Source of the DNA: Dehalococcoidales bacterium
Lineage (GTDB): Bacteria > Chloroflexota > Dehalococcoidia > Dehalococcoidales > RBG-16-60-22
DNA length: 64,000 nucleotides
NCBI GenBank assembly: GCA_028712355.1
Contig: JAQTQH010000002.1
Location: 5,398 to 69,397 of the forward strand
Reading direction: 5' to 3'
Positions within the stretch are counted from its first letter, which is position 1; every line of letters starts with the position of its first letter. The translations under genes were made by a program, and so were the position numbers. Of the stretch, positions 34,702 to 44,586 are shown piece by piece. The notes beneath the pieces are model-generated. The model was given only the letters and a program-made list of their open reading frames with translations, was not told where the DNA came from and searched no databases.

Positions 34702-35841
34702 TTAGACGAACCTCTGCATGAATTCATAAAGCTTGTCTTCGTCGATACCGTCGTCATTCTTGCGGATGCGGCTGACCACACCATCCACGGCAGACCGCTT
34801 GCGCGGGTCTTTTATATCGTCCAGGCAGGTATAGATGCCCACCCGGCGCCCTACCCGGAAATTGGTGCGCTCCGCCAGCGGCATCGACTGGAAACGGTTG
34901 ATGATTGCCAGCATCTTTTCCTTGTCTTGCGGCAGTTTCCCTTCGACTTCCTGGAGAAGATTGTCGATATGGTCGCTGACGACATTCGAACTGCAATTCA
35001 GGTTTTCGATGAGAAGTTTCAGTTCCGTAACAACTTCCTCATCAGTCGCCAATTCCCATTTCCCGCCCGGCAGGTCTTCATCATACATCGGCATCCCCGG
35101 TTTGAGCACCATGGTACGAAAACGAATGTAGTCCGGGTTAATCTCGTTCAAAACGCGGGCGGTTTCCAGGGCGTGTTCCCGCCACATGCTTTTACCGCCT
35201 AATCCAAGCAAAACATATTCGCTAAGAGAAATACCAGATGCAACTACTCTTTTGCCGCCTTCCACATGGTGCGCTGCAGTGGCGCCTTTTTCCGTGAACT
35301 TAAGTAGCGGGTCGTAGCCGGTTTCCAGCCCGATGTGCAGCCGGGACAGCCCTGCCTCGTGCAGGCGGGTAAGTTCTGCCACCGTTTTCTTGGCGGCCGT
35401 CTGGGAACGGGCATAGCTGGTAACACGCTCGATACTGGGAAAAGTCGCTTTAAGGTACTTGAGGACTTCCTCCAGGTCGTCGGTGCGCATGATCAGAGTA
35501 TTGGCATCCTGCAGAAAGGCGCTGGTGCCGCCGGCGTACATCCAGAGCGCCACGTTGCGGTAAGAATCGTTAGGCGGGCTGTTGTAGACCATGGCAGCAA
35601 CCTCATCGATAGCGCTGCCCCGCCCCGATTTACCGGCGAGTTCCCTGATTTCATCGTAAATCGCCTTTGCGGTGTCAATATCCTCTTTTATATCCGCCAC
35701 CGGCCGGAGTTCAAACTTCTTTCCACGATAAGTATCGCAAAAACGGCAGCGGTTCCACGAGCAGTTCCGCGTCGCCCGAATCAACAGTGAATAAGCCTCG
35801 CTCGGCGGGCGGATCGGTCCTAATTCATATTGTCCCTTCAT
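34702..35841 (-). CDS. radical SAM-like protein with non-canonical CX4CX2C cluster motif
   Basis: 379 aa. GPIRPPSEAYSLLIRATRNCSWNRCRFCDTY was verified by hand translation of the DNA. Confidence 0.7.
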   Translation of the reverse strand: MKGQYELGPIRPPSEAYSLLIRATRNCSWNRCRFCDTYRGKKFELRPVADIKEDIDTAKAIYDEIRELAGKSGRGSAIDEVAAMVYNSPPNDSYRNVALWMYAGGTSAFLQDANTLIMRTDDLEEVLKYLKATFPSIERVTSYARSQTAAKKTVAELTRLHEAGLSRLHIGLETGYDPLLKFTEKGATAAHHVEGGKRVVASGISLSEYVLLGLGGKSMWREHALETARVLNEINPDYIRFRTMVLKPGMPMYDEDLPGGKWELATDEEVVTELKLLIENLNCSSNVVSDHIDNLLQEVEGKLPQDKEKMLAIINRFQSMPLAERTNFRVGRRVGIYTCLDDIKDPRKRSAVDGVVSRIRKNDDGIDEDKLYEFMQRFV

Positions 35842-35851
35842 CCTGCCTCCC

Positions 35852-36511
35852 TCATAGTCCTTTCAATATATCCTGTATATCCTGGAAATTTTGCTGTACT
35901 TTCTCTTTACCGGCCACAATTTCCATGTGGCCGGGCAGCAGGTATTCGATATCTAGCTGTGCCAGCTTGTTTATCGTTTCAATCAATTGGTCGATATCGC
36001 CGCCGGGTAAATCCCAGCGACCGAGATTGCCGCGGAAAAGCACATCTCCACTAATGAGTACCTTCTCCTCCGCACTGTAATAGCACACGCTCTCCGGCGA
36101 GTGTCCCGGGCAGTGAATAAGCTCAAAATCAATTTTACTCGTGATTATCCGTCCATCGTCAAATGCTCCGTCCGGAGTGAACTCGATGGCCGGCAACCGG
36201 AAAAAACGCGCGGTCTCCACCACGGCAACTTTATAAAATTGCTGCTGCGAGCGGTGCAGCAGAATACGCGCCCCGGAAATTTCTTTAAAAGCCTCGTTGG
36301 CGCCGCAGTGGTCGCCATGGAGATGAGTATTGGCAATCACCCCGATGTCTACCGGCATGATGCCGTCCTCACGCATCTGCTGTACCCGCTTGTTAAGAAA
36401 AAACCTGGCTCCGGGATCAATGATGATACCAGGCTTGCCCCGGACGACGTAAACGTTACAATCCAGCGTACCCATCTCGGGATAGTAATATAGATTATCT
36501 GTAATTTTCAT
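35852..36511 (-). CDS. MBL-fold metallo-hydrolase
   Basis: 219 aa with the NTHLHGDHCG (HxHxDH) motif. Confidence 0.85.
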   Translation of the reverse strand: MKITDNLYYYPEMGTLDCNVYVVRGKPGIIIDPGARFFLNKRVQQMREDGIMPVDIGVIANTHLHGDHCGANEAFKEISGARILLHRSQQQFYKVAVVETARFFRLPAIEFTPDGAFDDGRIITSKIDFELIHCPGHSPESVCYYSAEEKVLISGDVLFRGNLGRWDLPGGDIDQLIETINKLAQLDIEYLLPGHMEIVAGKEKVQQNFQDIQDILKGL

Positions 36512-36581
36512 GCTATTATGAAGCTAACACCCACTATCTTATTATATAACAGGAATGAGATAAATTTAAAAGGAGGCGCTT

Positions 36582-36770
36582 ATGGGAGCAATCGCAGCAA
36601 TCATCGGAGCGGTGGGGGGACTCAGCGCCGTGATGGGCATTCTCGATGCATTTCAAATCGTACCGCAGGTCAGCCCGCAGCTCACTTGGGCTTTCTGGTT
36701 CCAGCTGGCAATCATACTGTTACTGGCGGCAATTGCCCTCGCGCTGGGACGGCACGGCAGCTTTGACTAA
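36582..36770 (+). CDS. hypothetical small membrane protein
   Basis: 62 aa, 2 TM, with an AGGAGG SD 7 nt upstream. Confidence 0.5.
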   Translation: MGAIAAIIGAVGGLSAVMGILDAFQIVPQVSPQLTWAFWFQLAIILLLAAIALALGRHGSFD

Positions 36771-36784
36771 GCATATTTCAAATC

Positions 36785-37048
36785 ATGGATAGTTGCCGTT
36801 TGAACTTATACGTTCGCCCTGGCGCCCATAAAAATGAGGTGATTGGCTTTACCCGGGAGGTGCTCGAGGTCAGAGTAGCCGCACCGCCCTTCAAGGGCAA
36901 AGCCAATCAGGAATTAATTGACTTTCTCAGTAAAACCCTCGGCATCAGCAAGAGCAGCCTTAACATTATTAAAGGTCTCACCAGCCGCCACAAGCTGCTC
37001 GCCGTCACCGGTTTGACTCAGGAAGAAGTCCTCCACCGCCTTGGTTAA
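36785..37048 (+). CDS. DUF167 (YggU) family protein
   Basis: 87 aa with LYVRPGAHKNEV ... VRVAAPPFKGKANQELIDFLSKTLG. Confidence 0.8.
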   Translation: MDSCRLNLYVRPGAHKNEVIGFTREVLEVRVAAPPFKGKANQELIDFLSKTLGISKSSLNIIKGLTSRHKLLAVTGLTQEEVLHRLG

Positions 37049-38172
37049 GCCTTCTTTCTGCGGCGCCGCCAGAAGAATAGGAAGATACCGCCGCCGATAA
37101 GCCACACCGGGCTGAAAATCAGCACCCAGATAATGATATCCGCTACCGCTCTGCCGAAGAGTACCAGCCCATTCCAGGCGCTACTGAAAACCGCCCCGAT
37201 ATCCCAGGCCGGTATGACGGTAATGTATTTCTCACGGATTTCCGTATCGGTGTTGCCGCGGTCGTCAGTTACCTTGAGGGATACCGTATAGGTACCGGAT
37301 GACTTATAAGTATAGCGGGGCGCCGCTTCGGTGGAAGTGCGCCCGTCGCCGAAGTCCCAAAAGTAGCTGTAAGGACCAAATCCGCCGGCGATTTTGCCGG
37401 AGAACCGTATTTCTTCTCCCGCCTTGACGCTCGAACGGTTGGCGGTGAAGTCAACGCTGAGTTCGGACTGTTGCAACTGTATTTCAATTATGGATGTCGA
37501 AGAGGTGCGTTCCAGGTACTGCATCCTGCCTTTAGTCTGCTCTATTTGTCCGCGAGTATTGGTCAGCTCGCGCTGAATGGCCAGGATATCTTCAACTTTT
37601 TGCGCCTTCTCCAGCAGCTTTACGAGTTGTGCCTCGGCGGCTTCCAGGTTCTTCAGACGGGAAGTAAGGTCGGTGTATTCTTCCGTGACATCTTTGCTGG
37701 AAGTTGTCTCGGACTGCACATCGACCGCAATGTTGCGGAAGGCTGCGATAGCTTCGGTAAAGCGCTCCACCGGCACGCGCACGGCAATGGTGCCGACCAG
37801 CCGGTCGCCGTCTTTCCAGCTATTGGAGGACACGACATACCCACCATAGTCTTCGGTCAGCCGGGTTATCTGTTCGATAGTAGACGCCACGTCTTCCACT
37901 ATCAGAGCAAGGTTGCCGGTACGTACAATCATCCGGTCGGACGCGGCCGCCTGGTTAGCGTCAAAAACTGCTTCGCCTTTACCCTGAGTAACAGTGGTAG
38001 GTGCGGGGACAATTGTCGGCGCGGGTACCTGCGTTAAGGTAATGCCGCCCGGTTTGGCGGGTGCGGGGGCGGGTACGGTCATTGTCGATGGCGCAACCGA
38101 TGCCGATTGGGCGCATCCAAATGCCGTGAGCAGTAAAACTACCGTAATCAGGATTATGACCAGCTTTTTCAT
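37045..38172 (-). CDS. DUF4349 domain protein with PKD domain and C-terminal TM
   Basis: 375 aa. It has a lipobox (LTAFGC), the DUF4349-like RMIVRTGNLALIVEDV followed by a coiled coil, and a PKD segment (YFWDFGDGRTS...YTVSLKVTDDRGNTD). Confidence 0.7.
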   Translation of the reverse strand: MKKLVIILITVVLLLTAFGCAQSASVAPSTMTVPAPAPAKPGGITLTQVPAPTIVPAPTTVTQGKGEAVFDANQAAASDRMIVRTGNLALIVEDVASTIEQITRLTEDYGGYVVSSNSWKDGDRLVGTIAVRVPVERFTEAIAAFRNIAVDVQSETTSSKDVTEEYTDLTSRLKNLEAAEAQLVKLLEKAQKVEDILAIQRELTNTRGQIEQTKGRMQYLERTSSTSIIEIQLQQSELSVDFTANRSSVKAGEEIRFSGKIAGGFGPYSYFWDFGDGRTSTEAAPRYTYKSSGTYTVSLKVTDDRGNTDTEIREKYITVIPAWDIGAVFSSAWNGLVLFGRAVADIIIWVLIFSPVWLIGGGIFLFFWRRRRKKA

Positions 38173-38253
38173 TGAGCGCTCCTTTACACAAGTTGACTCT
38201 TACAAATAGTATAACGCCCGTATTGAAAAAAGGATAGCATACCAAACCATTAT

Positions 38254-38333
38254 GTCATTGCGAGGGGCGCCAACGATGAAGCAATCCCTTACAATCGGAA
38301 ATAGAGATTGCTTCGCCTTCGGCTCGCAATGAC
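38254..38333. repeat. palindromic REP/MITE-like intergenic element, copy B
   Basis: gtcattgcgaggggcgccaacgatgaagcaatc / gattgcttcgccttcggctcgcaatgac. The loop shares AATCGGAA with copy A. Confidence 0.75.
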
Positions 38334-38371
38334 ACGGCACGCCGGTACAATTACGAAAAATTTTCTAATGC

Positions 38372-39148
38372 TTAGTAAATCAGGAATCCGCCGTCCACGG
38401 CAATCGCCTGACCGGTTACATAGCTGCCGGCATCGGACGCCAGGTAAATCATCGAATTGGCGATATCCGCCGGTTCACCGAAACGCGCCAGCGGAATTTC
38501 TTTGAGCGCCTCTTCTTTAGAGGTAATCGCCCAGCGGGCTTCCAGCATGCGCGTCTGCGTCAGTCCCGGCGCGATGACATTGGCGCGGATTTTATATTTC
38601 GCCAGTTCCTGGGCAAGCACTTTTGTTGCCATGATGACGCCCGCCTTGGCGATGGAATAGAAGCCAACCTCAAATTCCGGCTTAAAGCCGAAGATAGAAG
38701 CCACGTTGATAATGGCGCCGCCGCCATGGTCTTTCATCACTTTCGCCACTGCCTGGCTCAGGAAAAACAAGCCCTTCAGGTTTAAATTCATCACCGCATC
38801 CCACTGTTTTTCATCACCGCCGAACACCGGAGTATGCATGCTGGTCCCCGCCGCATTGACCAGGATATCAATCCTGCCGAATTTGGCGACCACTTTATCC
38901 ACCAGCGGCTGAATCTGCTCCGTGTGTCCGACGTGCGCAGGGATTGCCATTGATTTTCGGCCCAGCTTGGCGATTTCGGCAGCGGCATCTTCCAGGGTGG
39001 GTAATCCGCGGCCTGGCGTATCCCGTGAAGCTATCGCCACATCCGCGCCGGCTTTAGCAAAGCCGATTGCCGCCGCCTTTCCTATGCCCCGGCTGCCGCC
39101 GGTGACCAGCGCGACTTTACCTTCCAGTGAGAACTGCGAAACATTCAT
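38372..39148 (-). CDS. short-chain dehydrogenase/reductase (FabG-like)
   Basis: It contains MNVSQFSLEGKVALVTGGSRGIGKA and YSIAKAG (YxxxK). ATG 39148 is preceded by AGGAG. The track ORF start at 39382 adds 78 implausible codons. Confidence 0.88.
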   Translation of the reverse strand: MNVSQFSLEGKVALVTGGSRGIGKAAAIGFAKAGADVAIASRDTPGRGLPTLEDAAAEIAKLGRKSMAIPAHVGHTEQIQPLVDKVVAKFGRIDILVNAAGTSMHTPVFGGDEKQWDAVMNLNLKGLFFLSQAVAKVMKDHGGGAIINVASIFGFKPEFEVGFYSIAKAGVIMATKVLAQELAKYKIRANVIAPGLTQTRMLEARWAITSKEEALKEIPLARFGEPADIANSMIYLASDAGSYVTGQAIAVDGGFLIY

Positions 39149-39263
39149 TGCAACACTCCTTTTTGCTTTTTGCTGTTCCAAATTTAGCACATAGCATAAG
39201 GTAATACAATCTTTTTTACCGGGTATCTGGCGGAAGGCACGGGAAACAACTATAATTAAGGGT

Positions 39264-39857
39264 ATGGAAGAAGCTATTTCCACCGGTGATGCCCGCAAGC
39301 TCGCCATCAGCCTCCATAAGCTTCCCGAACCGGAAATCAAACCCGCGCTGGTCGCGGTCAGCGGCTTGCCCGGCACCGGCAAGACGCATTTCTACGCCAG
39401 ATTGGCGGAACGGCTGCCTTTCGCTATCCTGGAAAGCGACGCGCTGCGCAAAACGCTTTTTCCATCACCGGGCTACACCCACGAAGAAAACACGCGGCTC
39501 TTCCATGCCATCCACCTGCTTATCGAAGACCTGCTGGGAAAGGGTATTCCCGTCATTCTGGACGCCACCAATCTTTCCGAGCAGAACCGGAGCCACCTTT
39601 ACAGCATCGCTGAGCGCCAGAACGCCCGGCTCATCCTGATCAATGTCCGGGCACCCCCGGAAGTCGTCGCTGAACGCCTCCGCTCCCGGGTTGCCGCACG
39701 GAAGCTCGGAGAACAATCGGACGCTGATTAGGCAGTCTACGAGATGATGAAGCCCCGAGTAGAGGAAATCAACCGCCGCCACTATGTTGTCGATACCTCG
39801 CAGGACATCAATCCGGTACTGGATAAAATCATCCGCGAGATACGGAAAGGAGCTTAG
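39264..39857 (+). pseudogene. AAA_33/P-loop kinase-like gene interrupted by one in-frame TAG (39729-39731)
   Basis: The Walker A is VSGLPGTGKTHF. After the TAG, the same frame stays open for 41 more codons (AVYEMMKPRVEEINRRHYVVDTSQDINPVLDKIIREIRKGA) and ends at TAG 39855-39857, immediately before the pepA start. Confidence 0.65.
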
Positions 39858-41366
39858 TTGGAAATCAAGATTGTTACCGATACTATCACGAACGTCGCCG
39901 CCGATGCCCTCATCGTCGATTATTACGAAGGCGCCGAAAAGATTGAGGGCAACACTGCGGAAATAGACAAGGCGCTCGGCGGCGCTATTTCCCAGATGGC
40001 GAAGCAGGGAGACATCAAAGGCAAGTCCGGCGAAATCAACCTGATCCCCACACAGGATAAAATCGCTGCCGCGCGCGTCGTCGTCTGCGGCATGGGCAAG
40101 CCGAAAGACCTGAGCCTCAACAAGATAAGAGAGACTATCGCGGAGACCTGCCGCTGGCTGCGCAAAAAGAGTGTTAAAAACATCGCTACCATAGTCCCGG
40201 GCGCCGGTATGAACGGTATTACCACTAAGGATGCGGCACAGGCAATCGCCGAGGGTGCGGTGCTCGGCCTCTATACCTTCCGCAAGTACATTACAAAAAA
40301 GGACGATGATTTCGGCGAGATAGCCGAACTGAAGATAATCACCGATGTTAAAAACAAGCCAGCCGCCGGGCAGACCGCCGCCACCGGACAAATAATCGCC
40401 GAGGCAACCAATTTTGCCAGGGGCATGGCCAATGAACCATCTAACTACATGACGCCTGCTTTGATGGCGGAGACCGCCGCCGGTCTTGCCCGGAAGCACG
40501 GCCTGGAAATAACGGTTTTTGACCGCGCGGAGATGCAGGAGCTGGGCATGGGTGGACTGCTCGGTGTCGCCCAGGGCAGCCAGCAGCCGCCTAAATTCAT
40601 CACTCTGAAATACCAGGGCCGGAAATCAAATGATATTGACCTGGCGCTGGTCGGTAAAGGCATCACCTTCGATTCCGGCGGCATCTCCATCAAACCCTCG
40701 GAAGGCATGGCGGACATGAAGGGAGACATGGCAGGGGGCGCCGCAGTCATGGCAACCGTCAGCGTCCTGGCTCAACTTAAAGTAGCTCTGAATGTCACCG
40801 CGCTGGTACCCGCCACGGAAAATATGCCCTCCGGCAGCGCGCTGAAACCGGGCGATATCATCACCACATCGGGCGGCAAGACCGTCGAGGTGCTCAACAC
40901 CGATGCCGAGGGGCGGCTCATCCTCGCCGATGCCCTGTGCTATGCCAATAAGCTGGGGGCAAAGCGCATTATTGATATCGCTACCCTCACCGGCGCCTGC
41001 GCAGTCGCGCTGGGCACCATCTGCTCCGGTGCCTTCACCAATAACCAGGAACTGCTGGACAAAGTACTTGCCGCCGGCAAAGAGGCGGGAGAATACATCT
41101 GGCAGCTCCCTCTTTTCGACGAGTACCGCGAGATGATTAAAGGCAGTGTGGCGGACATCAAGAACACCGGCAACCGCTACGGCGGCGCCATTACCGCCGC
41201 CAAGTTCCTCCAGGAGTTCGCCGGCGACACCCCCTGGGTGCACCTGGACATTGCCGGGACCAATGATACCGATAAAGACAAGGGCTACCAGGTAAAAGGC
41301 GCTACCGGCGTGCCCGTGCGCACGCTGGTGAACTTCGCCGTGGCTCTGGCGCAAAACATTTCATAG
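39858..41366 (+). CDS. pepA: leucyl aminopeptidase (M17)
   Basis: 502 aa with a TTG start. It contains VGKGITFDSGGISIKP and NTDAEGRLILADAL. Confidence 0.92.
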   Translation: MEIKIVTDTITNVAADALIVDYYEGAEKIEGNTAEIDKALGGAISQMAKQGDIKGKSGEINLIPTQDKIAAARVVVCGMGKPKDLSLNKIRETIAETCRWLRKKSVKNIATIVPGAGMNGITTKDAAQAIAEGAVLGLYTFRKYITKKDDDFGEIAELKIITDVKNKPAAGQTAATGQIIAEATNFARGMANEPSNYMTPALMAETAAGLARKHGLEITVFDRAEMQELGMGGLLGVAQGSQQPPKFITLKYQGRKSNDIDLALVGKGITFDSGGISIKPSEGMADMKGDMAGGAAVMATVSVLAQLKVALNVTALVPATENMPSGSALKPGDIITTSGGKTVEVLNTDAEGRLILADALCYANKLGAKRIIDIATLTGACAVALGTICSGAFTNNQELLDKVLAAGKEAGEYIWQLPLFDEYREMIKGSVADIKNTGNRYGGAITAAKFLQEFAGDTPWVHLDIAGTNDTDKDKGYQVKGATGVPVRTLVNFAVALAQNIS

Positions 41367-41376
41367 GAGGCCTCGC

Positions 41377-42018
41377 ATGAAGATTAAATGGCTCGGGCAC
41401 GCCTCATTCCTGATTACCTCGGTAGCGGGAACCAGAATCATCACCGACCCTTTTACTCCCGGTGGAGAGCTGAGCTACGGGAAAATCACCGAGTCCGCGG
41501 ACATCGTCACCGTCAGCCACGAGCACAACGACCATAATGACACCTCATCTATCCCGGGGAACCCACGCGTCGTCAGGAGCAGCGCGGAAATCAAAGGCAT
41601 CAAGATTAAAGCTATCCCCGCCTACCACGATGATGCTCAGGGCAAGAAACGGGGCAGCAACATCATTTTCTGCTTCGATATTGACGGCATCAGAATCTGC
41701 CATGCCGGCGACCTCGGCCAGGAACTCAGCGAGAAACAGCGTGCCGAAATCGGCAAAGTGGATATCCTCCTCGTGCCGGCGGGCGGCTTCTATACCATGG
41801 AAGTCCCGGCGGCGAATAAAGTCTGTGACCAGCTCAAGCCCGCCGTAATCATCCCCATGCATTTCAAGACACCAAAGTGCCACTACCCCATTGCGCCCGT
41901 GGACGAATTCCTCAAAGGTAAAGTAAATATTGTCCTCGCGGACGGCAGTGAGATTGAATTCCGCGCGGGAGCTCTACCCGAAAAAACGCAAATTATTGTG
42001 CTTAAACCAGCTTTATAA
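41377..42018 (+). CDS. MBL-fold metal-dependent hydrolase (UPF0173-like)
   Basis: 213 aa with MKIKWLGHASFLI and VSHEHNDHND. Confidence 0.8.
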   Translation: MKIKWLGHASFLITSVAGTRIITDPFTPGGELSYGKITESADIVTVSHEHNDHNDTSSIPGNPRVVRSSAEIKGIKIKAIPAYHDDAQGKKRGSNIIFCFDIDGIRICHAGDLGQELSEKQRAEIGKVDILLVPAGGFYTMEVPAANKVCDQLKPAVIIPMHFKTPKCHYPIAPVDEFLKGKVNIVLADGSEIEFRAGALPEKTQIIVLKPAL

Positions 42019-42089
42019 AGCCCCAAATCATTGACGATTTATGGTAAAATATTATGTTCAGGGATAATCTGGGAAAATAAGAAAATATC

Positions 42090-42698
42090 TTGGGCACAAG
42101 CGGAATCGTTCTGGCGGGAGGCAAGAGCTCGCGACTGGGACGGGATAAGACACGAGAGACATTCGACGGGAAAAGCCTCCTGCAGAGAGTAATCGAGCGG
42201 ATACGGCCGCTCTGTGATGATATTCTTGTAGTTACTTCTCAGGAGCTGGCGGCCGCCAAGGCTTCGCAGATAGACTTTAAAATAGCAGTCGATATTTTCC
42301 CCAACCGGGGACCGCTGGGCGGTATTTATACCGGATTGGTCAACTCCGAATCGGCGCAAAACCTGGTTGTGGCGGGGGACTTGCCTTTTTTGAACCGGGG
42401 ACTGCTGAGTTACATGTTACAGATGAGCAATGACTATGAATTAGTGGTGCCGAGAACAGAAAGGAATATCGAACCGCTCCATGCTATTTATGCACGTAGT
42501 TGTACCGGACCTATCCAGAAGATGCTGGAGCAGAATCGCCTGGGTGTCAACGAACTTGCGCAGACCATGAGAACGCGCTATATCGAGCTTGAGGAGATTG
42601 ACCGCTTCGACCCGGAGCACCTGAGTTTCTTCAACATCAATACCCAGGCTGACCTAGACAGGGCGCGGGAATTAGCCCTGAAAGAAATCGAGAAGTGA
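42090..42698 (+). CDS. mobA: molybdenum cofactor guanylyltransferase
   Basis: 202 aa with a TTG start. It contains GIVLAGGKSSRLGRDK and GPLGGIYTGL. Confidence 0.85.
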   Translation: MGTSGIVLAGGKSSRLGRDKTRETFDGKSLLQRVIERIRPLCDDILVVTSQELAAAKASQIDFKIAVDIFPNRGPLGGIYTGLVNSESAQNLVVAGDLPFLNRGLLSYMLQMSNDYELVVPRTERNIEPLHAIYARSCTGPIQKMLEQNRLGVNELAQTMRTRYIELEEIDRFDPEHLSFFNINTQADLDRARELALKEIEK

Positions 42699-43942
42699 TA
42701 ACCGTAGAAGAGGCACTGACAAAAATCCTGGAACATGCCCGAGTACTTGAAACGGAGAAAGTCCCCATCCTGGACTCTCTGGGGCAGGTACTGGCAGAAG
42801 ACATTATTTCCGAAATCAATATTCCACCGCTGGACAATTCTGCCATGGATGGATACGCCGTGCGCGCCGGGGATACCTCCGGTGCCAGCCGGCAATCACC
42901 CATGCTTCTCAAAGTGATAGATACCGTCAGCGCCGGTGCCCTTGCCGCGAAAGAGGTAACCGCAGGCACAGCTGTCCGTATTATGACAGGAGCGCCGGTG
43001 CCGCATGGCGCAGATGCCGTGGTCAGATTTGAAGACACCGATGAAAACCGGAGAAAACAACCCATCAGTGAAATTGGCATACTGTATCCTGCCAGTGCCG
43101 GATTGAATCTCCGCTACGCCGGAGAAGACATTGCGAAAGGCGCTGCGGTGCTGAATAAAGGCACCGTCATCCGCGCCGCGGAAATCGGGGTACTGGCTTC
43201 GCTGGGACGGCAAAAAGTAAGTGTTATCCGCCGTCCGGTGGTGGCGGTTCTGGCGACCGGCAATGAACTTGTGGAAATCGGGCAGCCTCTCGCGCCGGGT
43301 AAAATCTACAATAGCAACAGCTACAGTGTTGCCGCGCTGGTAAAAAAATACGGCGGTATTCCCCGGATACTGGGCATCGCCCGCGATAGTGCCGATGAAT
43401 TGACTGCCAAAATCCGCCAGGGCATTGAGGCCGATATGCTCATAACCTCCGGCGGCGTTTCCGCCGGAGACTACGACATCGTGAAAGAAGTCCTCGCTAA
43501 AGAGGGAGAAATCGGATTCTGGACGGTGCGGATGAAACCAGGCAAGCCGCTGGCTTTCGGAACTATTAAAGGCAAAAATAAACTCATCCCCCATCTCGGC
43601 TTTCCCGGCAACCCGGTGAGCACCATGATTACCTTCGAAATGTTTGCACGCCCCGCTCTATTGAAGATGATGGGTAAACAAAAGCTTGATAAACCCATGG
43701 TTAGCGCGATTCTGGAAGACCCGGTAATCAATACCGATGAAAGGCGGATTTTCGCGCGTGCTATTGTGAGCAAGCGCAACGGCCAGTATTTCGCGCGGCT
43801 CACCGGACCGCAGGGCTCGGGAATCCTGACTTCCATGAGTCAGGCTAACGGACTGGCCATCATCCCGGAAGACCGCAAAGGAGCAAGTAAAGGCGAGACC
43901 GTCCGCGTGATAATGCTGGATTGGAATGAGGAAGTAAACTGA
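42695..43942 (+). CDS. moeA: molybdopterin molybdenumtransferase
   Basis: 415 aa with PPLDNSAMDGYAV and ITSGGVSAGDYDIVKE. It overlaps mobA by 4 nt. Confidence 0.9.
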   Translation: MITVEEALTKILEHARVLETEKVPILDSLGQVLAEDIISEINIPPLDNSAMDGYAVRAGDTSGASRQSPMLLKVIDTVSAGALAAKEVTAGTAVRIMTGAPVPHGADAVVRFEDTDENRRKQPISEIGILYPASAGLNLRYAGEDIAKGAAVLNKGTVIRAAEIGVLASLGRQKVSVIRRPVVAVLATGNELVEIGQPLAPGKIYNSNSYSVAALVKKYGGIPRILGIARDSADELTAKIRQGIEADMLITSGGVSAGDYDIVKEVLAKEGEIGFWTVRMKPGKPLAFGTIKGKNKLIPHLGFPGNPVSTMITFEMFARPALLKMMGKQKLDKPMVSAILEDPVINTDERRIFARAIVSKRNGQYFARLTGPQGSGILTSMSQANGLAIIPEDRKGASKGETVRVIMLDWNEEVN

Positions 43943-44586
43943 TGCAGCCGATAATCTCCATTATAGGCAAATCGGAATCAGGAAAGACAACCCTGCTCGA
44001 AGCGCTCATCGCCGAACTCAAGCAGCGAGGATACCGGGTGGCAGTCATCAAACATACTGGCACCGGCTATGATTTTGATACTCCTAATAAAGATTCCTGG
44101 CGCTTCCGCCGGGCAGGCGCAGGAATATCTGCCATCGCCTCGGCAGAACAGGTTGCTATTTTTAAAAAGGCGGAAAACTACAGTCCTGAAGAGTTTGCCC
44201 GCCTGGCCCGGGACTGCGACCTCATCCTGACAGAAGGATACAAGCAGAGTAACTACCCCCGTATTGAAGTGCACCGTAAAGAGCAGGGCGCCGGATTACT
44301 GAGCCGCCCGGAGCAGTTGATTGCCGTGGTTACCGATGAGCCGCTCGACATTAATGTGCCGCAGTTCACCCCGGATAATATCACGGCGATTGCCGGTTTG
44401 ATTGAAAGTAGATTTCTAAAACAGACGGCAAGTAGGGATATTGACATTTTGTGTAACGGTAGTCCCATCACCACGACGCCGTTTTTCCTTGATTTGCTGG
44501 CGCGGACGCTGGAAGCCATCGTGCCCGGCGCTGTTGCCTGCGGGAAAATAACTGATCTACAAATTTCCCTTAGGAGGCTACGTTGA
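43942..44586 (+). CDS. mobB: molybdopterin-guanine dinucleotide biosynthesis protein B with ~55-aa C-terminal extension
   Basis: It contains IISIIGKSESGKTTL (P-loop) and VAVIKH. Its ATG overlaps the moeA stop as TGATG. Confidence 0.85.
   Translation: MQPIISIIGKSESGKTTLLEALIAELKQRGYRVAVIKHTGTGYDFDTPNKDSWRFRRAGAGISAIASAEQVAIFKKAENYSPEEFARLARDCDLILTEGYKQSNYPRIEVHRKEQGAGLLSRPEQLIAVVTDEPLDINVPQFTPDNITAIAGLIESRFLKQTASRDIDILCNGSPITTTPFFLDLLARTLEAIVPGAVACGKITDLQISLRRLR

Noticed and set aside
38372-39382. Track ORF of 336 aa for the SDR gene
   Set aside because: The first 78 codons overlap the divergent kinase-like gene and have no SDR similarity. An internal ATG at 39148 with an AGGAG SD gives a normal 259-aa SDR starting just before TGGSRGIG.
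39465-40499. 344-aa minus-strand ORF antisense to pepA
   Set aside because: It has no recognisable motifs and lies entirely inside a well-supported gene on the other strand. The same reasoning applies to 56305..57396 (antisense to atpA), 25128..26042 (mfd), 30056..30922 (proA), 8216..8938 (yajC/nadB), 13383..14042 (pyrF/dinB) and 40626..41354 (pepA).
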